Program-made: the position numbers and the translations under genes
Source of the DNA: Parasitella parasitica NRRL 2501
Taxonomy: Eukaryota; Fungi; Mucoromycota
Assembly (NCBI GenBank): GCA_025201805.1
Contig: MU619238.1
Coordinates: 386,219 to 450,218 of the forward strand
Direction of reading: 5' to 3'
DNA length: 64,000 nucleotides
The notes under the pieces: model-generated
Database searches by the model: none
What the model was told of the DNA's origin: nothing
What the model saw: only the letters and a program-made list of their open reading frames with translations
Part shown: in pieces, positions 1-13,823 of the stretch
How the letters are laid out: every line of letters starts with the position of its first letter
Position numbering within the stretch: the first letter of the stretch is position 1

Positions 1-2
1 TT

Positions 3-215
3 GACCCGGATAACGGCCTTCTCATGATGACACAATTTGAATTTGACGTGAACAGGTTTGAGTTTGGTGAAAAAACAGACACTTTTCTGCAAGGAATTCC
101 GCAAGACCTGCAACAGGTTGCCGTTCTCGATAAAAACACAAGTTGGGTTCTGGGAAAACAAGCTTTACAAAAACTGAAGTTAGCCAAAGGACTCAAAAGG
201 AAACAATCAACATAA
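3..215 (+). CDS. 3' end of a gene running in from outside the window; product unknown
   Basis: The frame is open from the window edge (DPDNGLLMMTQFEF...KRKQST*) and converges on the next gene. No recognisable motif. Confidence 0.35.
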   Translation, partial: DPDNGLLMMTQFEFDVNRFEFGEKTDTFLQGIPQDLQQVAVLDKNTSWVLGKQALQKLKLAKGLKRKQST

Positions 216-451
216 ATCAAGTGATTTCCCCATGCTTGCATTCTTTTTAGGAGGAAAGATATACAGTTTAGAAATTTTTATTTAAACAAAAGAGAGGGAG
301 ATACATGATAAGATTATTAAAGAAATATGAGAATATTTCCAATGTTTTATATCCATTGGGAACTTTGATAGTATTAGACGCCATTTATATTGATGATTAG
401 AAGGAAGGGTCACAGAGATTCACGGTGAGTGTAAACTGAATTTCAAGGGAT

Positions 452-1739
<1,288 letters not shown>

Positions 1740-1920
1740 TTTATATCTGCCTCTGTCTCTGTCTCTAGTGTGCCTCGTTTGAATGAAAATGGATACGAGA
1801 AGAAAAAAGAAAGTAAAGAAAGGAGGGAAGAAGGGAAGAAGGGAAGAAGGGGAAATGGGTTTATATTGTGTCGAAAAATAGGATTTTCTTCTAACAGGTT
1901 CAAAGGTTTAAAAAGCAGCA

Positions 1921-3285
1921 TCAACCAACCACGATGGGAGAATCATGTTGCATTTGCTCTTCAGCTTGCGCTTTAAATAATTGAGCGTTGGGCTCTGGTA
2001 TAATGGCTATATGTTCGTCGTTGATCTTAACTTCCATGCCTCTCTCTGGAGTGTGGAACTTGTCTTTGATAGGCTGCAACAGGACATTTAGTTTAGGAGT
2101 GACAACCAGAATGTTGTTGGTGGGAATTGTAAGCCAATCAGCCTTTTCAAATGTCAAAGGTTCTACATCACAAGGAGATTCAATAATGAAACCAGCATGT
2201 TCAGCAATCTCTCAATTTACCTGATGCAACGACAACAATGTCTTCTCGTCTGTCAGCCTTCACCATGCGATAATGCCCAGGGCGATAGCATTCGAATCTT
2301 GTACCGGACGAAAAATACAGCGACGCTGCTTCTTCGGATTTGCTGCTGATGTAACGAATGCAAACAACTGTTTGACCATCGGTAACTGCAAAATTTAATA
2401 ATGATGGCTGATATTTTGTATGTTAGCATGGCTATTTAAGATCACATTCAACTCTTCTACCTCGGTAATGTTGTATTCCTCAGCATAAGCATTCAATCGA
2501 GCAACTGTCTTGAGCATCGCTTCTTTCAATTCTTGATGTTCAAACGAATTGGCGTTTGGGTTTTTCAGCTATTTAGATGGATGAGTCACCTATTATATTG
2601 CCAATGTCTGGCCAACTTACAAAGCTTAGGAATAAAGCAAAGGCCCATTCCGAATCTGTGCTGCCCTGGACAAACAAAAAAAGCTCTTCCGGTAAAGAGT
2701 TTTGCAATTTACGCTTGAATTTATCGAATTCAGCAATACCTCCATTATGCATCCACATCAAGCGTCCAAAACTACAAATGTATAAAACTGTGAATCTTTC
2801 TGGCTGTATAATTTGCCAACTAACTTACGACCAAGGATGGCAATTTGTTTCAGAAACAGCTCCAGATGTGCTTGCACGGACGTGAGCAAACACAAGTGGG
2901 CTCCTAACCTTTTCAGCAAGTCTCACCAAGTTGATGTTGTTCCATGCTGGTGTTACGGAAGTGAAGATACAGGGTGTTATGGGATCCTGCTCTGTCTCCG
3001 GTGTTTCATTATCATACCATCCAACGCCAAATCCATCGCCTAAGCAGATGTCGTCAGTCTTCTCGTGAGTTGCCATTTAGACTCGAAATTGCTTCTTACC
3101 GTTCAATGGTCTCCTAGCATCCAAACGCAATCGAGAATCAAACGATTGGTTAACAATAGAGTGCTTTGGCCGTGTAATAAGCTAAAGCAACCAGTGAATC
3201 AAGGATTTCATTTTAACACTACCTGAAGACTTACATGAGCCAGTAGAATGGGTTGGTTTCCTTTGTATAACAGAAATCTACACAT
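1921..3285 (-). CDS. DUG3: Class II (Ntn) glutamine amidotransferase, Dug3-like; multi-exon
   Basis: Starts MCRFLLYKG (catalytic Cys2). Then HSIVNQSFDSRLRLD, NGDGFGVGWY, PAWNNINL, FAHVRAST, ETNCHPW, WMHNGGI, QGSTDSEWAFALF, LLNFAVTDG and VVVASEPLTFEKADW across GT-AG introns. Confidence 0.93.
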
Positions 3286-3578
3286 GTTGCGAATTAGTGA
3301 AAGAAGAAAGAATGTGGAAAGAAGAAAAAAATATCTAGCCTTTAACCAAAAGAAACAGATCTTTGATTGGTTTATGTACGAATGCTGTCATTTTCTTCCA
3401 TTCGCCCGACATTCAATCCTTTGTTTTCTATCTTCAAAAAGGGGATTGCCGTTTCATAAAAAGCATCAAATGATTCGGTCAAGACATGTGGATGCTTCTC
3501 ATACCATTTGGTAGTATATCAAAATAGCCACAAAAAAGTCATGCAGTAAAGTACAGAGGCTCCACCCCAAAGAGCTGA

Positions 3579-4394
3579 ATTCGCTTTTGTCTTTGACTGA
3601 ATCCATTTTTTTTATGGCCCAAAGTTCGTTTTTGTGAACTGCCCAAATTCGCTTTTGTATTAGTCAATGTTCGCTTTTGCAGCACTCAATGTTAGACACA
3701 TAAATATTTTTTAAATTAGAGGGGTTTTTTATTGAGGTTTTTCTGAAAATTGGTAACAGAGTGTTGAGCAATATTAAGGGTCTTTCTGCTAACGCTTTCA
3801 CTAAATTCACTAATTCTAGTTTTTAATCTTCTATTTCTCGAAAAACACTTTGTCCCATTGAATTCTTTATAACCGACTAGAAATTTTCAATTGGATTGAG
3901 TTTAGGAGAATATGGAGGAAGAGATATAGCTCTATAGCCTCTCAACTCGATTAAACTCGTGATACTCTGGGAGGTATGAATTGGTCCATTATCCTTGATG
4001 TATAAATTTTTCATTTCAGGAAGCCTGACCATCTCATCAAATTTCTTTGAATCAAATCTCATATAATGCCCTGTGATAGTTCCTTATGACAAAGTTTTTG
4101 CCACAGGCTTCTTTCTTTTCTTACTTCCATCGACCTTTACTTTTTTAGGCTTAAACGGCTCCCTTATCAAAGTCGAAATAACATCGTGAGTATCGAAAAG
4201 CAGACAATAAAGATCCAACATTGAAAGGATTCGTCTCTTCCTCATAATCGATTGCCTCATTTCCTTGTTCATCAGCAATGTTCCCTTGTCCATCTTCATA
4301 ACAAAAAGTTGTTGCTCATTTCAAATAAGATAAAAAAAAAAAAATTATGAACAGCAGTTTACAAAAACGAATTTTAGTTCTTTGGAAAGCGAAC
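3579..4394 (-). mobile_element. Degenerate Tc1/mariner (DD34E, IS630-like) element with inverted-repeat ends
   Basis: Fragments EPFKPKKVKVDGSKKRK and DNGPIH-x-LPPYSPKLNPIENF, with 34 residues between D and E; stops and deletions throughout. Inverted repeat 3621-3642 vs 4354-4375 (20/22 match). TTCG(C/T)TTTT is repeated at about 3580, 3625, 3648 and 3670. Confidence 0.85.
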
Positions 4395-4973
4395 TTAATC
4401 AATAAAATATAAATTACAGTGGCTCCTTAATGCTTAAGAACGGCCTTGTCGGCTTTGCGCTAAAAGTAGACTGGAGATTTATTCAAGATGAAAAGAAAAC
4501 AGTTATTTATGAGATCCCAACTGGTTCAGGTAAGATATATTAAATAGTAACATCGGATTGCCAGGCGTTACAACGATTTTTAAATTACGGATACAGCTTG
4601 AAGGAAACGGCTTGCTTGATTTAGCTTGCATAACTAGCCACAATGGAATTGCCATGTAGAATAACAAACAGAAAAACGACGAGTGAAGCAAATAAATAAC
4701 CGTTAATACGCTGGCAAGTAATACACCGTGTTCTTCATCAGTCAAATGCGAATAAAAGAACCAAGGGCTTCTGTGCTCACCTTGTACCAAACAAAACGGC
4801 TTCCGCTTGGTAAAGCTTACGGCTCTCGATTTGCAGGATTTCTTTTTCGCAAGAGAAAGCAAAAAAATTACCTAAGGCATTATATACGTACCAACGGTAT
4901 GATTTGATATGTATCTTTATTGGCAAGCTAATACCAGTAAACCTCTTTTTTTTTCTGCGCAGTCTGCGGAGAA

Positions 4974-6020
4974 CTAAATATTGTGATCAATCCTTCCTTT
5001 GCAATTTTGCTCAGAAATCTCATGTGTACTCTGTTTGATGTGCTCAATCAATTCATTTGAGCCTCTCAAACCTGGTTTTCTTTTGACCAAAGTTTTCAGC
5101 TTCGAGAAACACTCCTCAATAAGGTTGAGGGAAGGCGAATAAGGAGGCAACAGGCTCATGTGATGATTTGAATTCTTGAAAAGCTCTTTTACCACAGGCG
5201 ATTTGTGAATGGAAGCATTATCCATCACAAAAAAAGTGGGAACCAGCATTGGTATCATCCAGCTTCTTCATAACCCCACTCACAAAACCCTTAAAGATCT
5301 CCCCTGTCGTGCCAACTTTGACAACTTTAACTGAGACATCTTCAACGCCATGGTAGGAGATGCCTGCAAGAATTGACATATTTACAGCTCGCTTCGTGGC
5401 ATTTACAACTACGCTTGAAGAGCCTTTCTTGGGGTAGCCTTGTCCACGTACAAGATTAGCATTGAATCCAGCCTCGTTCATAAAGATGCAATTGGTCTTG
5501 TAGGCGATACCTCTTTCAGGTTATCTTTGGACAACATAATCGTACGGTATCTTTGCTGGATCGTTGCCTCGGTGTTTCTTCGCTCCCTCACTGGCTTTGT
5601 ACGCTTTAGCGTAAATCCAAGGCCATTGACAAGGTAATGCCATACGCCACTTGTAGATATGCCTTTGCAAGCAAGGTCTGGGAACTTCTGTTCCAATGCT
5701 TCTTTGAGCATATCAAGAGTCTGTGTGCAGTCCTCGTCCAAAAGCTTTTTGATATACTCTCCATGCTCATGCTCAAACTTTGTTGTCTCCTTTTATCTTC
5801 CTCCTCTTGGCTTCTTCTCCACACGGCCCTCCGTGTACCAAACATCTAGGATATTTCTGACAGATGAGGTGGACAATTGGTATCGTCGCGCAGCCTCTGA
5901 AGCAGTAATTGTTCCATTTTCTGCAACTTGCTCGATGACAAGTTGTCTAACGACGGTTGGAATATCTTTATACAATTTTTTTTCGGCTCTTCTGTCTTTG
6001 GTTGATGAAGTACGAGGCAT
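4974..6020 (-). mobile_element. Frameshifted Tc1/mariner DD34E transposase pseudogene
   Basis: Consecutive ORF fragments give an HTH (ASEAARRYQLSTSSVRNI, KKPRGGR), LGFTLKR, FMNEAGFN (first catalytic D changed to N) and VMDNASIH-x-LPPYSPSLNLIEECFSKLK (D34E). At least 3 frameshifts. TIRs not identified. Confidence 0.92.
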
Positions 6021-6251
6021 TTTTTTTAGATCAAGTGTGATTGAGAAATGTGAAATGTGAAATAATACGGTATGTAAAAGAGAATAGAAAGGCTATAATT
6101 AAGCAGAATGTAAGCTATGTAATGTATACGGTACAAATGATGCAATGATTGCCATCCTAATTAACGTTTCATGCCACCAGTACCGTACCTACCTACCGTA
6201 CCAAACCTACAGTATGTTGTCATGTCATTGTCAATTTATTCTCATGTAGTG

Positions 6252-6658
6252 CACATTTGCCATTTTGATCTAATGTTTTTGCAAATTCAGATACAGGCTT
6301 AGCTAATTGCAATTTTTTTTTGTAATATTGAATGCATTCTAGTGTTACAAACTATAGGTAAACTAACTAAACAGATTGCATCATGTTTTGAACTTACATA
6401 TTTCTGTCCCAAATCTAGGATTAAGCATAACAGCATGCGGCTTTACTCAACATGCGAGTGGTGCCAGCGTCATGTTTGAGCTGATGAAAGTCCAATGCCC
6501 CGCCTCACTTCACGACTTGCCCCCGTTCTGTATGCAATTGAATAAGCTAAGAATGCTCCAGCAATTTTACGATAATTACTGTTCAGTAACTGCAAGCAAC
6601 AATCGCAAAAAGAAATCTCCCGCACATGCTGATCTGGATTTAGACAGAATATTGAATA
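6252..6658 (+). pseudogene. Relic of a multicopy Mucorales hypothetical-protein family (C-terminal part), interrupted by the LINE fragment
   Basis: HICHFDL...ILVLQTIG[intron 6358-6418]LSITACGFTQHASGASVMFELMKVQCPASLHDLP. As I recall them, this resembles the C-termini of abundant Mucorales repeat-associated proteins (QAVG...Y..MYEL..I.IP.SL.DL). The 5' part is degraded. Confidence 0.5.
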
Positions 6659-7638
6659 AAGTACATTATGCGTGCGCGGCAACTTCCCGACGACACTTTG
6701 CTCCAGCGACTTCTCCCCCACCTCCAAACTTCTGCCGGCCACTCGCAATAGTACAAGTTGATAGCGAACCCGTTGAGGCAAACCTGCGCGCAGCAGCTCG
6801 ACACTCTGGACCGCTGTACCTTCTCGTCCCTGTAGCGACAAAACGACTCTTTGTGCCGGCCCCAATGCTCAGACTATCTCGTCTTGTCGTCGCTCTCTGG
6901 GAGTAGACCCCGTTTTATAGCTGCCTATGACACTCTTGGAGCATAGCCAGTTTCTTCGATGGCGTCTTGGTTGGCTCCCTGGGGGGGGGGCAAACCTCGA
7001 CCATGCCCATACTATTCTACAATACACCTCTCCCGCGCCCATGTCACTACTTGCCTCAACGTCCACCGTCGGCTCCAAATGCCAAAATCCATCTAGGATC
7101 CTATCTCCTACTTACTTAATATACTACCTGTAAAGAAGCCTCGTGATGCTCATCTTATTTCTTCCTGGTCTGCCCGTTGGACTATTATCCGCCTTCTTCT
7201 GTTTGAATTGGACTACATTTTTCATGCTAACGCTTTCCCCCCTCCCCCAGCAAATCTAGGTGCTAGTTTGGTACATTGGTTGCAAGGTTAAAAGTGCTTA
7301 TATTTCTGATATGTATCTGAATCTTTCTTTTTACTCTCTTCACTTTTCTTTAATTCTTGTCTTTTCCCTGTTTTTCTTTTTCTATTTCTATTTTCTTACT
7401 CTTGTTTTGATGTCTCTTTATTCTTCAATACTTTTTTCTTTTTCCCTCTTCACTCTTGGGAGGGGTCTTTCAACTTCTTATCTTGGCGAGCTGGTTTGGG
7501 GCGACCTTTTATTTTTATTTTCCTTTTTAAATAAATCTCCATTTAATCGTACCTGATCCACACTTGGTATAGGTGCTTTATTTATGGTCATTTTTTACGC
7601 TAAAGTAAGCCCCCCTTGAAAGCTATTGCTTAAAAAAA
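6659..7638 (+). mobile_element. 5'-truncated non-LTR (LINE-like) retrotransposon: ORF2 C-terminus, T-rich 3' UTR and short poly(A)
   Basis: Frameshift-tolerant translation: ARQLPDDTLLQRLLPHL...SSCRRSLGVDPVL*LPMT...LRWRLGWLPGG(K)PRPC...HVTTCLNVHRRLQMPKSI*DPISYLLNILP...ELDYIFH...WLQG* (stop 7289-7291). This is the post-RT region typical of Mucor/Rhizopus non-LTR elements. GC-rich relative to flanks; A-run at 7632-7638. Confidence 0.85.
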
Positions 7639-9177
7639 GGATGATTTTCAGATTTGTAGCAGAAAAAAGCGCCAAAAAAGTGAATATGTGCATATCCATG
7701 TGGCATATTCACATCTCGGGATGTCTAATACATTATTTAGGGTCTTCTCAAGTATGAAAATATCTTTTAAACCCAAAATGTCAAATATATACATCTCCTA
7801 TAAGTTATTAAAGGTTGATTAAAATACACTCATCTATTATCCAACTATATCGTATCGCCTAAGAAGATATAGTGTAATAAGGACGACGTTATCTATAGAA
7901 GTAGATCCTTCATGTACAGTAGTTAATAAATATTCTCGAAAAATGCAAAGTTTTCCAAAACATCTGACGAAAAGCCATTATCTCACTAAACATAACTCTC
8001 TAAAGAACGTATTGTAAAAGTCTAAAACAATAATAATAGTAAAACGTTCAACATTATACAAAATGAGTGTACTCACTTAAAAGATTTCTCTTTTAACGTT
8101 TTTGGGATTTTTTTTTTAGACCATCAATGTTCAGCGATTGTCCATAAAACACCCATCATTAAAAAAAGGGCAATTTCGCCCAAATCCAATGTTTAACCTT
8201 AGAGATGGCATTTTTTCTCAGCACATTTCTTGGTCAAAATGGGCACAAAAACTTGCTCTTTCGCCTCAATGACAGTGCACTGCAAGCTTATATGCGATAG
8301 TGAGAGTTTTCTTAAAAAGCATATATTCAAATAATCGCTTTTCCTGAAAAATTTTAGGAACAAGTGTGCTTTGATATTTGTAACTTTGGATGTAAAATTG
8401 AACGCTCTATAAACTGATATTAATTGACTAGTATAATTAGCATGCGTATCTTTCAGTATCCTTGAAGAATGAAAAATAGAGATGTTTCAAGACCCAACTG
8501 CGGTTCAGAGTTAAAATGCCGCCCATTCTGCTGCTGCTGCTGATTCTACGGCATTATCACATTGCTCTACTTCAGATGCAAGTTATTGAATAGCAACATA
8601 CACTAAACATCCCTTAATTTATATATTATGTTTTACTGTCTCAATTTTTTGATCCACTTGCCTTCCCAGCAAAGATAGAATTTCATTGAGAAGACAGATT
8701 GCTGCTGATCTGTTAACTACATTTAGCGCGCGCTTCAAATTTTTGTTTTGCTCTGGCAATACTAGAGTATGCAACAGCACCAATGTATATGAGCTTTTAT
8801 TTTCACTACCAAATCTCTTATAAGCGGTACAACAACCGTCTGTAGCGTTGCTCTTGTCTTGCACTCACTGCATTAATTTGAGCCAACCAATAGATAACTG
8901 ATCCCTATTTATCTTTTCGTCAAAGGCATTATATTGATGTTGGTAATCGAGAATATGTTGTTTAATTATGTATATATATGGAGTGTAAACATAAACAAAC
9001 TGACTCTTTCTACTATATGTACATTCAAGAAAAGTTGTGTGTAAATTACACATAAACACAGTCGAGATTGAGGAATGTTTTCAAACATGCGTAAAAACAC
9101 ATTCTCAATACAATGTATAAATAGGATCATTTCTTATATTGATTCATTTCAAATCAACTACATACAAATTGGTAATC

Positions 9178-11187
9178 ATGGTTAGCCCATTATCATTAGC
9201 AGTTGCTGCATTGCTTGTGTCTTCAGCTCTTGCCCGCACCAGCCCTGCCCAAAGATTTAACGGGTATCTCTTTCCTCGGGCTATAGAGAATAATTTAGAC
9301 GAGTGTCGCGAAACCAATGGATATGAAAATGATGTTGTAGGTAGCTCGAAGCCTTTGATTACACAGTATCAACTCAATTTGCGTTTGCATATCTTAGCTG
9401 ACTAGATTTACTGGCATCTTTTTTGGTGATTTCTATACTGGCGGTGGCACAGATATTTTGGGTGGCCTTGCCGTGCAAGGAAATATGCATGCCCCCAACT
9501 ACGTGGTCAATGCAAATCATGTAAATATATCTTTGGGAAATTTATAATGCGTATATAACAAATAATTCCTTTCTAGGGCGCTGATTGCAGTGATCCGAAT
9601 TCTTTGAATTCGTACGGGTTAGTTGTTGGTGGTATCGTTGATACTTTCAATACTCATGTGCACGGGAATGCGTTTCTCAATTCTGGAGGAACAATCGAAG
9701 AGGTCATTGAGCTCGATGTTGGTTGCTTTGTTACAGATGAAGCGGGCACTGGTATCTTTGATTTTGCCTTAGTCAATCAGATGTCCATTGCCTCAAATCA
9801 AGATTTTGCTAACCTACAGCCTACTACTATATTGGACAGTGATGGCACATTGACAGAGCTTCGTGATAACCAATTAGCAAACTACGAAATAATTACATTC
9901 CACTCTTGCGAGGGCGCCCTCTGTAGCTCATATAATAATCTTGAATCAGATCCGTCCGCCATTTTGTTAGGGCAAGGCAATTGGAATGGCATCCAAGGCT
10001 CAGAAATCGATCCTGACAAAACCTACGTGATGAATGTATGCATACAGGCAGACTACTTATTATGGAAATCTTATATTAATCTCTCGAATAGATTCCTGTT
10101 ACGAACGGTGCAACTATTGAAATCGACACTAACAACCCTACACTTGGTTTCAATCCCTGTAAATTGATCTACAATTTTTATCCTGTGGACGAAGCAGGCC
10201 AATACGTTGCTGACGGTGAATTTACACTTATCCGCAGAACATCAAATCAATTTGGTGGTTTTACTCTGGCCCCACGAGGTAAGCAGCAGTACAAACCCCA
10301 TAATTTGAGCATTTGACTAAGCTAGCACTGATTCACTAGGTCATATCGTGGATGGCAGTGTTGGCAATTTCTCTGGAAACCTTATCGGCTTAGACTATAC
10401 TTGGGAGAACTTGAATGCAGGTGTTGAAATCCACGATTATGCAGCTGCTGGTGGTCTTTGCGATCAATACTTGGGCTGCGTTCCCGTACATGTCACCACC
10501 GAACCAAGCTCTGTTCCGCTCCCTACAGATACTTCTGTTACTGAATCAAGAACCAAAACCTGGAGTATAACTGAGCCGATTGAAAACACTAGCGAAACCA
10601 CTACTCTAACATACTCACCCGGACCTAGTCCATCAGACAGTATCATTACCAGTACGTACAGCCCATGTCCTGCTGATACCACAGAAACTACTACTTCTGT
10701 TACAACAACTACAACATCTGTCGATGACCTTACCGAGACCGTAACTGTCATTGCTCCTGATGTTACTGGAACAACGACAGAAACTGAAGCCACACTGACA
10801 TTGACAGAAAGTGGAAGCACAATTACAACTACTATAAAAGGAACAACAACCAAGACACTCGTCCTCATAGTACCTACCATTAAAACCGAATCTAACTGTG
10901 CAAACAGTTCAGTTTGTACTGACCATGATCACGGCCACGACCACGATCACGATCACGACCACGGCCATCACAATCACCACGGAAAGGATCACGATGATGA
11001 TGAAGATGATGATGAGGATGACGACGAGGATGATGATGAGGACGAAGATAAATATAATGATAGCGACGACGATGATGACAAAAAGAAGAAATGGCATAAA
11101 GACGACGACGATGAAGAAGATGATGATGACGACGACAACGATGATGATGACAAACATTGGAAAGGCAAAAAAGATAAAAACTACTAG
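9178..11187 (+). CDS. Secreted choice-of-anchor A / ice-binding-like adhesin domain protein with Thr-rich stalk and His/Asp-rich tail; 5 exons
   Basis: Signal peptide MVSPLSLAVAALLVSSALA. Domain motifs FTGIFFGDF...ILGGLAVQGNM, GLVVGG, LIYNFY and GFTLAPRGHIVDGSVGNFSGNLIG...GVEIHDY. Introns at about 9337-9397, 9521-9575, 10036-10091 and 10279-10339. TATA box at 9116. Confidence 0.75.
10921..11152 (+). repeat. Coding low-complexity GAY/CAY repeat encoding (DH)n followed by poly-D/E
   Basis: GACCATGATCACGGCCACGACCACGATCAC... then GATGATGAAGATGATGATGAGG... in the last exon of the adhesin-like gene. Confidence 0.9.
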
Positions 11188-11454
11188 ATCATACATAATT
11201 AACATAATTCAATAATAATAATAAAAAAAAAGAGGATTTCTGTACATGACAGACATAAGCACCAAACAGTTTGCATTCTTTGTTTATAAACGCTTTCTAG
11301 CGATAATACTCGAGTCATTTCTTGGCCAAGTGCGTCTGCTTCTGACTGGGAACTGGAGAGTAAAGCATTGAAAGCCAGTAAAGCCTACATTACATAACTG
11401 ACGCTTTTTGTTTTTCTTTATTAAATTTTCCTGTCTTTTTTGCTCATCCAAACT

Positions 11455-13684
11455 ATGGGAGGTGAAGGAGCCTACACGGACCAGCAGACGTATAGTTCAA
11501 CGCCACCAAAGGGTTATAATAGCAATGCTAATACTCCATTGCAGAAAAACCAGCATCCACACTCCTCCCCTGTACAGCAAGAATATCCGAAAACTAGTTC
11601 AAGAATATCAAGAAGATATGCTACTCCCGAAGAAAGCGATGCAGTGGTTCCTATTTTCAATACTCCAACCAACATGTATTTAAAAAAGGATTTGAATCCT
11701 CAGCAAAGATATGCCTCTACGCCGCCACAACCGCCGCCACCAGTGCAACAACAGCAGCATCAGCAACCATCTACTCCTAAACATTACAGCAAAACACATC
11801 ACAGCCGAAGCTCCTTTGATCCTCTATCAACCACATCGTCTTTGTAAGTGCTATCTACACATATAAAGCTATAGACTGGCTGATTTTCTGTATATATATA
11901 TATATACGCATTTTAGTGCGACATTTGCCAAACGGCCTGAACGCCAAGAGGTAGCCTAAACGTGTTGCCTGATTTTACTGAATTCTGACTCTGACTGTAT
12001 TTTATACGCATAGCCATCACTTACCAGACCTAACACGAATAACTTCATGAAAAATGGTCAAGACCACAGAAACAATTACAGCAACGTACAGTTATTTTGC
12101 AAACCTCGTTGAATTTTATCATTTATCTGATCATTTTTCACTTTATAGACATCGCACGGAACAGCGTCATTTTCAAGCACTACCTCTGCATCATCAAAGC
12201 AGGACATGTTACTGGCACAGTTAATAGAAATGGGCTTTAGTTTAGAGGCATCAAAAGTCGCTCTCACGGCTAGTGGCAGCAAAAATCTACAGGATGCATT
12301 GGATATCCTTGTTCAAAACGAACAGGCAGAAAAGAATGCGGAAACCCAGAAACGAGATTCATCTTCGTCCGAAGATGACGACCCTCAATCACTAAAACAG
12401 AGCGAGGAAAAATGGAAGAGAGAGCAAGAAGAACGTAGACGAGAGTACCTAGAACAATTGAAGCGAAACAAACCTACTCCACCCAAGCCGGGAGTCAGCA
12501 GCAGCAGTAGCCAAAATGGACCCAATGGACCCAATGGACCCAATGGAGCCACATCAGCAACATCTTCTCCAACTTCTCCAAAGACATCCCCAATGCCGCC
12601 TCAACACGCACCAATGCCATCACCCAAAGCCAATGCTCATACTTCAGCGCCAACTCAACCTGACTCAGTAACAAGTTATGCGGACAAAGAGCGAAAGCAG
12701 GGCAACTATCATTTTAATAAGGGGCAGTTTGCTGACTCGGAATCTGTGTACACACTTGCTATCAATGCTCTACCTGTGGGACACGGCGACATTGTATTAC
12801 TTTGCAACAACAGAGCTGCTGCGAGATTGAAGCAAGGCAAATACCAAGATTGTCTCACAGATTGCTCTACAGCAATTGATATTGCTCGAAAAAACATGCA
12901 GAACAATACGCCCATATCGCCCATCATGAGCGCTACATCTACCAATATGAAAGCGCAGCTGATCAAAGCACTGCACCGAAAAGCATGTGCATTGGAAGGC
13001 TTACGTTTATTTGAGGCCGCCATTCAAGTGTATGAGGAATACGTTCGACTAGATGACTCTCGAAGCGCCCAGGTAGCGCAAGGTATAATGAGATGTCAAC
13101 AGGCTTTGCTGGACAGCAAAAAGAAGCAGCAGCAATGGAAGCCAGCTACCTCGGCGAGCGACACAACTTCTGCATTTCCTGACATTGATTTCAACATATT
13201 TATTCCTAAAGTTGTTGACGACAGGACTCAAGCTCAACTAGACGAAATCAACAGCAGCAAAGCTGTAAAGGAAATGCGCGATCGGGAAAAAAGGAGGGAA
13301 GCAGAAGATGCTGAAAAGTTGGAGAATGAAGACAGGGTAAATGCTCAAATTTCGGTATGGAAAACTGGCAAAGATAAGAATTTAAGAGCTTTATTGGGGT
13401 CGCTCGAGCTGATTTTGTGGCCTGGTGTTCAATGGAAAGGTGTGATGATGAGTGAATTATTAGATGTTAGAAAATGCAAATTGACGTACATGAAGGCTAT
13501 CTCAAAAGTTCACCCTGACAAGGCAAGTTTCAAGTAGCGTTTTAGCGCGATAATTCTTCTTGCTGACATTGCTCCGTTATAGCTTCCAGCAGATGCGACT
13601 GTCGAGCAGCGCATGCTGGCCAGTGGTATCTTTACTACGCTGAACCAAGCTTGGGATATATTCAAAACAGAAAACAATTTGTAG
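11455..13684 (+). CDS. SWA2: Auxilin-like clathrin-uncoating cofactor (UBA + TPR + C-terminal J domain), Swa2-like
   Basis: UBA (LAQLIEMGFSLEASKVAL...LQDALDIL) and TPRs (RKQGNYHFNKGQF, NNRAAARLKQG, KALHRKACALEGL). J domain WKTGKDKNLRALLGSL...YMKAISKVHPDK|LPADATVEQRMLASGIFTTLNQAWDIFK. Confidence 0.9.
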
Positions 13685-13823
13685 TGTTGGACATGTAGAT
13701 AGTATACCCATCCCACCACCTGAACCGCCTAAACCATCTGAACCATTAAAAGTCCGTGATGAACCAAACACAGAAAGCATCAAGCGTCTTTCTTTTCCCT
13801 TTGTTTTTTTTTGCTTGCGAATC

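Noticed and set aside
4430-4660. Short + strand frame containing EIPTGSGK, like a helicase Walker A motif
   Set aside because: The frame stops two codons later, the GK overlaps a GTAAG splice-donor-like sequence, and no other helicase motifs follow.
6376-6906. 176-aa ORF as a real gene
   Set aside because: It is a chimera of an intron, a pseudogene exon and an off-frame read of the LINE fragment.
7260-7556. Hydrophobic 98-aa ORF suggesting a membrane protein
   Set aside because: It is the T-rich 3' UTR of the LINE fragment; the F/L/S bias is compositional.
7680-7712. Inverted repeat GTGAATATG…CATATTCAC
   Set aside because: A 9-bp AT-rich stem with no other support; plausible by chance.
10464-11215. 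Overlapping antisense and alternative-frame ORFs (V/I-rich, M/T-rich)
   Set aside because: Shadows of the Thr-rich and GAY-repeat coding sequence.
12515-12547. 9-bp tandem repeat (AATGGACCC)n
   Set aside because: An ordinary coding microrepeat (NGP) in a disordered linker; not CRISPR-like.
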